From NCBI GenBank assembly GCA_964016885.1, contig OZ024761.1:13392001-13456000 (forward strand): DNA of 64,000 nt, written 5' to 3'. The notes beneath the pieces are model-generated. The model saw nothing but the letters and a program-made list of their open reading frames with translations, made no database searches and was not told the DNA's origin. Source of the DNA: Eledone cirrhosa. Its lineage: Eukaryota. Positions within the stretch are counted from its first letter, which is position 1, and every line of letters begins with the position of its first letter. Shown here piece after piece: positions 57,212 through 64,000 of the stretch. The position numbers and the translations under genes are program-made.

Positions 57212-57995
57212 CCCTTTATCATTTAAACTGGCCGTATCCGGCCAGAATTCTCTCACCTGTTCCTGCTTAAACCGGCCATAACTGGCCACTCATATTTATG
57301 TTAAGGTATTGTTCTCAAAATAAATAATATCAAAATCTCATAGATTCGATATTATGTGAGATAAAGACTTTACTATGAAAATACAATAGTATATATAGAG
57401 TAATGTAAATGTTATGTGAGATATTATGTGAGGTAAAGCCTTTACTGTGAAAATACAATAGTATATATAGAGTAATGTAAATGTTATGTGAGATATTATG
57501 TGAGGTAAAGCCTTTACTGTGAAAATACAATAGTATATATAGAGTAATGTAAATGTTATGTGAGATATTATGTGAGGTAAAGCCTTTACCATGAAAATAC
57601 AATAGTATATATAGAGTAATGTAAATGTTATGTGAGATATTATGTGAGGTAAAGCCTTTACTGTGAAAATACAATAGTATATATAGATTAATGTAAATGC
57701 TATGTGAGATATTATGTGAGGTAAAGCCTTTACCATGAAAATACAATAGTATATATAGAGTAATGTAAATGTTATGTGAGATATTATGTGAGGTAAAGCC
57801 TTTACCATGAAAATACAATAGTATATATAGAGTAATGTAAATGTTATGTGAGATATTATGTGAGGTAAAGCCTTTACTGTGAAAATACAATAGTATATAT
57901 AGAGTAATGTAAATGTTATGTGAGATATTATGTGAGGTAAAGCCTTTACCATGAAAATACAATAGTATATATAGAGTAATGTAAATGGTAAAGGG
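57212..57995. mobile_element. Same MITE with about 9 internal 72-bp units and both TIRs
   Basis: ttaa|ccctttatcattt ... aaatggtaaaggg|ttga. Units start at 57421, 57493, 57565 and so on. Confidence 0.82.
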
Positions 57996-58356
57996 TTGAT
58001 TCACTGCTCAGCCAATTTTATTCATGAGTAAAATTGGGTAGACAGAAACAGTTTGGAAGCCTGTAAAGGGCCAGTCATCTCACACATTGTGCTATGGTGA
58101 ATATTTCTGAGAATTACGTTGAAGCGTTCAAGTGACTGGAATGCTCAGTCACTTAGACGTTCATTTCACGAGCAGGCTGGAAGAACTGCAACACTCGTCT
58201 TTGAAACCGACGGAGGTCCGTTCAATTTTGAGTGGTTAACTTTGCGACGGTCTGGCGTTCTGTCCAGGAAATATGAAGCGGTATCCTTTCAGTCACTTAA
58301 CACCCACCAAGGTCCAGTGTGTGTATGTCTTTGTATCAAATATATATATGCATAAT

Positions 58357-58461
<105 letters not shown>

Positions 58462-58558
58462 GTGTATGTATGTAAAAGATAAACAGAAATAACAACACAA
58501 TCGGTACAGTATATGGAAGGAATATATTAGGTTAACGCTTGATATAGCAGGAAGAGGG

Positions 58559-58594
58559 TCTTAACGTTTCAGACGCCAGTCCTTCATCAGAAGA
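58559..58594 (-). ncRNA. Penelope-type minimal hammerhead motif
   Basis: Minus strand: tctt CTGATGA aggac-tggc-gtct GAAA cg TT aaga; palindromic aacgtt stem III typical of dimeric hammerheads. Confidence 0.6.
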
Positions 58595-58724
58595 AAGAAT
58601 GAGAAATAAGATGGATCAAGGGGACGGGTGGGGTGGAATTGGAAAAAATGTCTTTAGATAAAAATAACAGGTCCATTCATGTTGACATCTCTTAATGCAT
58701 ACACACACATACACGCACACACAC

Positions 58725-58761
<37 letters not shown>

Positions 58762-58899
58762 CGTGTGTATGTATATATATAGTTTATCTTTTGATTCCAG
58801 AGTCGGGACAGATCGTACCTTGACCTGATCAATCGCGAAACGCGCGTCACGCCTCAATAAATGTAACGAAGATATAACACCTCGTCCTTTTTATTATTA

Positions 58900-59048
58900 T
58901 TACGGCCCTTTATGGTTTGAGTTCAAATCCCGCCGAGGTTAACTTTGCCTTTCATCCTTACGGGGTCGATAAAATAAAGTACCAGTAATGCACTGGTAAT
59001 TGTTGGCCTCGTGCCAAAAAGTAGAAACAATTATTATTATTATTATTG

Positions 59049-59092
<44 letters not shown>

Positions 59093-59910
59093 TTAAAGGC
59101 GAAATTTTTTTCGCTTGAGATTTCGTACTCGAAGCGTGAGAGATCGAAAGAAACACCACCGCTGTAATGACTCTGGTTCCAGTAAGTATTGATTTGATAC
59201 CAACACACTGTCTCATATTTCAGTAAATATTGATTTGATACCAACACACTGTCTCATATTTCAGTAAATATTGATTTGATACCAACACACTGTCTCATAT
59301 TTCAGTAAATATTGATTTGATACCAACACACTGTCTCATATTTAACAGTCTAATAATATTTTATTGAAATTTGGCAAAAAAAAAAAAAAATAATAAACGA
59401 CCAAGTTGACCTCGGCAAGATTCGAACCATGACCGTAAAGGAACGCAACTAAAACCATCAAACCATTTTAGCCATTTTAGTCGACACTCAACCGATAATA
59501 ATAATAATTATTTCTACTTTGGGCACAAGGTCAGCAATTATCCCAGTGCATTACTGGTACTTTATTTTATCTACCCTGTAAGGATGAAAGGTAAAGTCAG
59601 CCTCGGCGGGATTTGAACTCAGATCGTAAAGGGACGTAACTACGCCGGAAAGCATGTCCGACCCTCTACCGATACTGCCAATTCACCGATAATAATAATG
59701 TTTTTTTTTATATAGGCACAAGGCCTGCAATTTGGAGGGAGGGGGAAAGTCGATTGAATCGACCCCAGTGCGTGACTGGTACTTTATTTTATCGACCCCG
59801 TAAGGATGAAAGGCAAAGTTAACCTCGGCGGGATTTGAGCTCAGGTCGTAAAGGGACGTAACTCTATGCTGCAAAGCATGGCATCCGACCCTCTACTGAT
59901 ACTGCCAAAT
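58900..59910. mobile_element. Cluster of four copies or fragments of the same SINE family (one +, three -)
   Basis: Core or head motifs at 58920-58995 (+), and at 59400-59495, 59520-59690 and 59715-59908 (-). Confidence 0.72.
59180..59343. repeat. 41-bp tandem repeat, four copies
   Basis: Unit cagtaaatattgatttgataccaacacactgtctcatattt. Confidence 0.9.
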
Positions 59911-60363
59911 AATAATGAAATTATTTTTCCAATATTTAAGTTGTATGGTATGCATTCATCATCCCGTAACTCTTGATGGAGTCTTAGGGACACTGTAGTG
60001 ACATGCGAATGCACAGTGCACTCTATATGTGAATGGAGTTCCACTGAAACAGGTGGAAATGTTCAAGTATCTCAGGGCCGAATTCACGCATGCAAATGAG
60101 GCTAATAACCCCATTTCCACAGGCAAAAAAACTATATATTTTCGCCTGCTTCAATTCCAGGAGAGAGCAGGAGGAGTATTTAATATAGAAATGGCTTCTA
60201 CAGGACTAGAACTGTTACATTTAAAGGAAATCATCAGAAAAGCCCTTCGAATGAAACAGTTCTAGTCTTGTGGAATCCATTTCTATATAAAATTTGTGTT
60301 TACACTCTACTAATGTATTGAGTACTTTACTTACAGTGGTCACCCGTGATTGAACCTGGGACT

Positions 60364-60401
<38 letters not shown>

Positions 60402-60442
60402 TTCAAAATATTAACAAAAATAGCACTTCTTGTGATCAAGTA

Positions 60443-60509
60443 TATTTTATTATACATATTTCAGAGGTACTGAGCTAACTTCAACAGTACGTCCTCATCA
60501 GATAAAATA
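60443..60509 (-). ncRNA. Minimal type I hammerhead ribozyme
   Basis: Minus strand: tattttat CTGATGA ggacgtactg..cagtacctct GAAA t-atgt-a TA ataaaata; perfect 8-bp stem I. Confidence 0.75.
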
Positions 60510-61049
60510 AGAATAAGATGATGCATGACATACCCTGACATAGTAGATGGTTAAGATCCAGTCATGGTAGTGAATAAGATATGACAAAACTCAATATTTA
60601 TATACCTTAAGATTGAGACATGAAAAAATTTACATATAATACAGAGGGTGCGTGTAAGAAAGCTTAAAAATAGATAACAGCAATTTACATAACTGTTAGA
60701 GATTCAAATAATTTAAATTATTGAAGAAAGAGGAAAGAAAAAAGAAAGACAGAGAGAAAAAGCAGATGAGGGGATAATATAGCCAGTAGAGGTATAGAGA
60801 GCAAAAGAGAATTGATCAAGGAGAGAGAGATAAAGAGGAATAATTTTTATAGTGTAAAACATAGGGAGGGATGAAATTATATATATCTATTCAGAACTAT
60901 ACATTTTGACATAGCTTTGCGAAAGAGTAAACTCGAATCTTTGAATTAATGAATTATCTAGAAGTATTCATCAATCTAAATCCTAAATATAACTGGGTGT
61001 AATTAAATAAATAATTCTTTGATTTATTCATTGAACCTTGTTTAACCTT

Positions 61050-61080
<31 letters not shown>

Positions 61081-61179
61081 GGAAAGTTATATTTAAAATT
61101 GTTGGGTTACAACTAGTAAATATTTATAACTGATATAAAAGCACTCGACAAATATTTGGAGTATTTGGAGTATTTGGAG

Positions 61180-61245
61180 TATTTTGTCTGAGGAAGGCAT
61201 AGCATATTGTTAATATGATATCCCTGAAATATATATAATGAAATA
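61180..61245 (+). ncRNA. Minimal type I hammerhead ribozyme
   Basis: tattttgt CTGAGGA aggcatagcatatt-gtt-aatatgatatccct GAAA t-atat-a TA atgaaata. Confidence 0.7.
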
Positions 61246-61545
61246 AATATGGTTTTATAAATATAGTTTCCATTTATTTAATATTGTATATATATATATA
61301 TATATAATAAATCAGGAAAGAAGATTGACATGGTTTGCAATACAAAAAAGGTTTTTAATCTCATTGCTGACAATTGTTTCTCTGAACTGGTAGGTCTAGA
61401 GATCGCTATTCGCTTGTTTTCACGTTACTAGATCGCCAATACAAAATTATAACCAATCAGTTCTTTGGAGCATGCGAGAACCATAACTGGAATACCATAA
61501 CTGGACTACACCTAAGGGGACTGGATATAACTATTATTTGTTACC

Positions 61546-61589
<44 letters not shown>

Positions 61590-61789
61590 AGTTAGAAACT
61601 CAAGATAGTCTCTTACAATTAAATAGCCCAAGGAAACAGATTTTTTTTATAATTATAATTAAATATAAAACAGAAATAAACACAGACATATAGACGTATG
61701 TATTTTTTTCACCCTAGCGAACCTGACCCCTTACGATTTGAACACATATGTCTATACATCTGTGTTTATTTCTCTTTTATATTCAATTA

Positions 61790-61869
<80 letters not shown>

Positions 61870-61871
<2 letters not shown>

Positions 61872-61993
61872 GTTTAACCCTGCGATGGACTGGCGTCCTG
61901 TCCAGGCAGGAGTCTTGTACTTTCAGTCGCTTCACGCTATGAAACCGGGATAAGCACCGGCCAAATGAGCCTTCTGGCTTAAGACAGACTTTA

Positions 61994-61995
<2 letters not shown>
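61870..61995 (+). mobile_element. SINE 3' fragment with a widely conserved metazoan SINE domain
   Basis: aaccctgcgatggactggcgtcctgtccagg...gtcgcttcacgctatgaaaccgggataagc resembles invertebrate SINE bodies (from recall, not searched). Confidence 0.5.
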
Positions 61996-62039
<44 letters not shown>

Positions 62040-62208
62040 TAAACGGAAAAGAAAATGCTGACAAATTGTTCACAGTTGAAAAATGGTTTAATTAGGAATA
62101 AAAGAGTATTAGTGATTGTATAGGTTAGTATTCAGTTGTGGTTTTAAGTTTTTAAGTTTTTACCGGTTGCGCATTTCTAAATGCTTTTCAAAAATAATTT
62201 TGAGATAT

Positions 62209-63295
62209 AACATTGAAAGGAACTGGAAGCGATATCTAGATGACTGCTTCATCCTTTGGCACGAAAACATCGAAAAACTTAAAGAATGTCACACCCTTAT
62301 AAATGGGCTCAACACAAATATTAACTTCACGATGGAATACAGCCATCAACAACTCCCCTTCCTCGACATCCTCATTAAGACCCATAACAAAAAAATAGAA
62401 ACAGACATATACTACAAGCCCACAGACTCCAAGCAATATCTCCCCTTCAACTCTTGCCACCCTAGACACGTTAAAATTAATATTCCCTACAACTTAGCCA
62501 AGAGAATCTGTACTATAGTCTCCAATAAAAACATCTGCTACTTACGGCTACAAGAACTAAAGGACACACTCATAGGCAGGGACTACCCTGCATCACTAAT
62601 TGACAATGGAATCCAACGTGCCCTAAAACTCAGTACCCAGGACCTTAGACACCCTAAAGTAAATCAACCAAAACTAAAAGCTCTTCCATACATCTCCACA
62701 CACAACCCCCTCAACAATGAGGCCTTTGACACCATCCTCCAGAACATCCCTGTATTGAAAAAGGACCATAGAATGAACCAAATTCTACGAACACACGATA
62801 TCATAAAGAGCAAAAGACAATCCAAGTCAATGAAAAACATCTTAACACATGCCAAAGTACTGCCAACCACAACAACGAAACCCACAGTAAAAAAAATGCG
62901 ATAGACCCAACTGTGGCATTTGCATCAACCTAATAGAGGGTTCGGAATTCTATTTCAAAGATGGACAACGTTTTATAGTAAAACACAATTTCACATGTGC
63001 ATCGGAAAATCTAATATATGTATTAACTTGTTCAGGTTGTCGAGAACAATACATAGGCCAGACCAAAAACAGCCTCCGCCAACGCATGACTGTCCATAGA
63101 TCCCAAATTAAAATACGGGAATACAGGAAAATACCACTGAGTGAACACATTGATACCTGTGCCGCCCAAAATCATCCCAACTTCAGAATCTTTTCCCTCT
63201 ACAAATTTAAAGATAATGCCACCCACACCCAGCGCATCAGCAAGGAATCTTACTTCATTAACAAATACGGACCCCGTCTAAACACTTCTCCCTAA
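62209..63295 (+). mobile_element. Penelope-like retroelement fragment (RT C-terminal half, Cys-rich linker and GIY-YIG endonuclease), frameshifted
   Basis: RT motifs WKRYLDDCF, INFTMEY, LPFLDI, YYKPTD, SCHP. After a frameshift in the A-run at about 62889-62896 it reads CDRPNCGIC...NLIYVLTCSGCREQYIGQTKNSLRQRMTVHRS, ending at stop 63295. Confidence 0.92.
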
Positions 63296-63734
63296 GACGA
63301 ACCCACAACATACACACGTCAACATACATACCTACATCAGCACACATCTCTACCCACATATAAACACAATGACACACGTAAACACACATGCTCTATGGTG
63401 CAATACAAAGAAATATGTGTGCATATATATGTATGTATATATGTATATATATGTAGTGGATATATGTATGTGTGTATATATATATATAGTGAATATCATT
63501 CCACACCTTTTATTGTTAAGATTTTTGATGTTCTATTAAGAGAACCGATTTTACTGAAAAAATCGAATAATGTACACCATTTTACCAGGGGGAAAAAAAT
63601 ACTGGTCCACCCACACACACACACACACACATACACAGACACATACACACGCGTACATCAACATACAAAGAGACTTACACACACACACATACACAGACAC
63701 ATACACACGCGTACATCAACATACAAAGAGACTT

Positions 63735-63766
<32 letters not shown>

Positions 63767-63821
63767 TTCTCCGTATAAGACAAAAGCTGAAAAATATCTT
63801 TTGACCTTCGAATGACTCTGC

Positions 63822-63858
<37 letters not shown>

Positions 63859-63927
63859 ATCTTAATAGCCATTTGACACACATCGCTGCTGGCCATTGTC
63901 GCAGCATCGAACACCTTACTACTACTA

Positions 63928-63991
<64 letters not shown>

Positions 63992-64000
63992 TTGTTGTGA

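Overview
AT-rich eukaryotic (metazoan) DNA made up mostly of (TA)n/(CA)n and trinucleotide microsatellites, minisatellite arrays and fragmented transposable elements, with one 200-N assembly gap at 22407-22606. The SINE and RTE families resemble those I recall from octopod cephalopods; this is an inference, not a database result. Only one host coding region is supportable: an 824-aa low-complexity ORF at 45658-48132 (+) with PLDLS and LxxLL motifs behind a splice acceptor. TEs include two RTE-clade LINE families (one with a PHD finger inside the RT region), RTE-tailed tRNA-SINEs, a bipartite RTE derivative, a Penelope-like element (RT + GIY-YIG), and mariner, piggyBac-like, Mutator-like and hAT remnants, plus a CRE-like endonuclease relic. 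The most striking unannotated signals are: (1) at least nine minimal type I hammerhead-ribozyme motifs in short non-coding elements next to (TA)n tracts; (2) recurrent fold-back palindromes, including one family whose two arms change together between copies; and (3) several minisatellites that can be traced to the TE fragments they grew from. Almost all other ORFs in the track are microsatellite artefacts.
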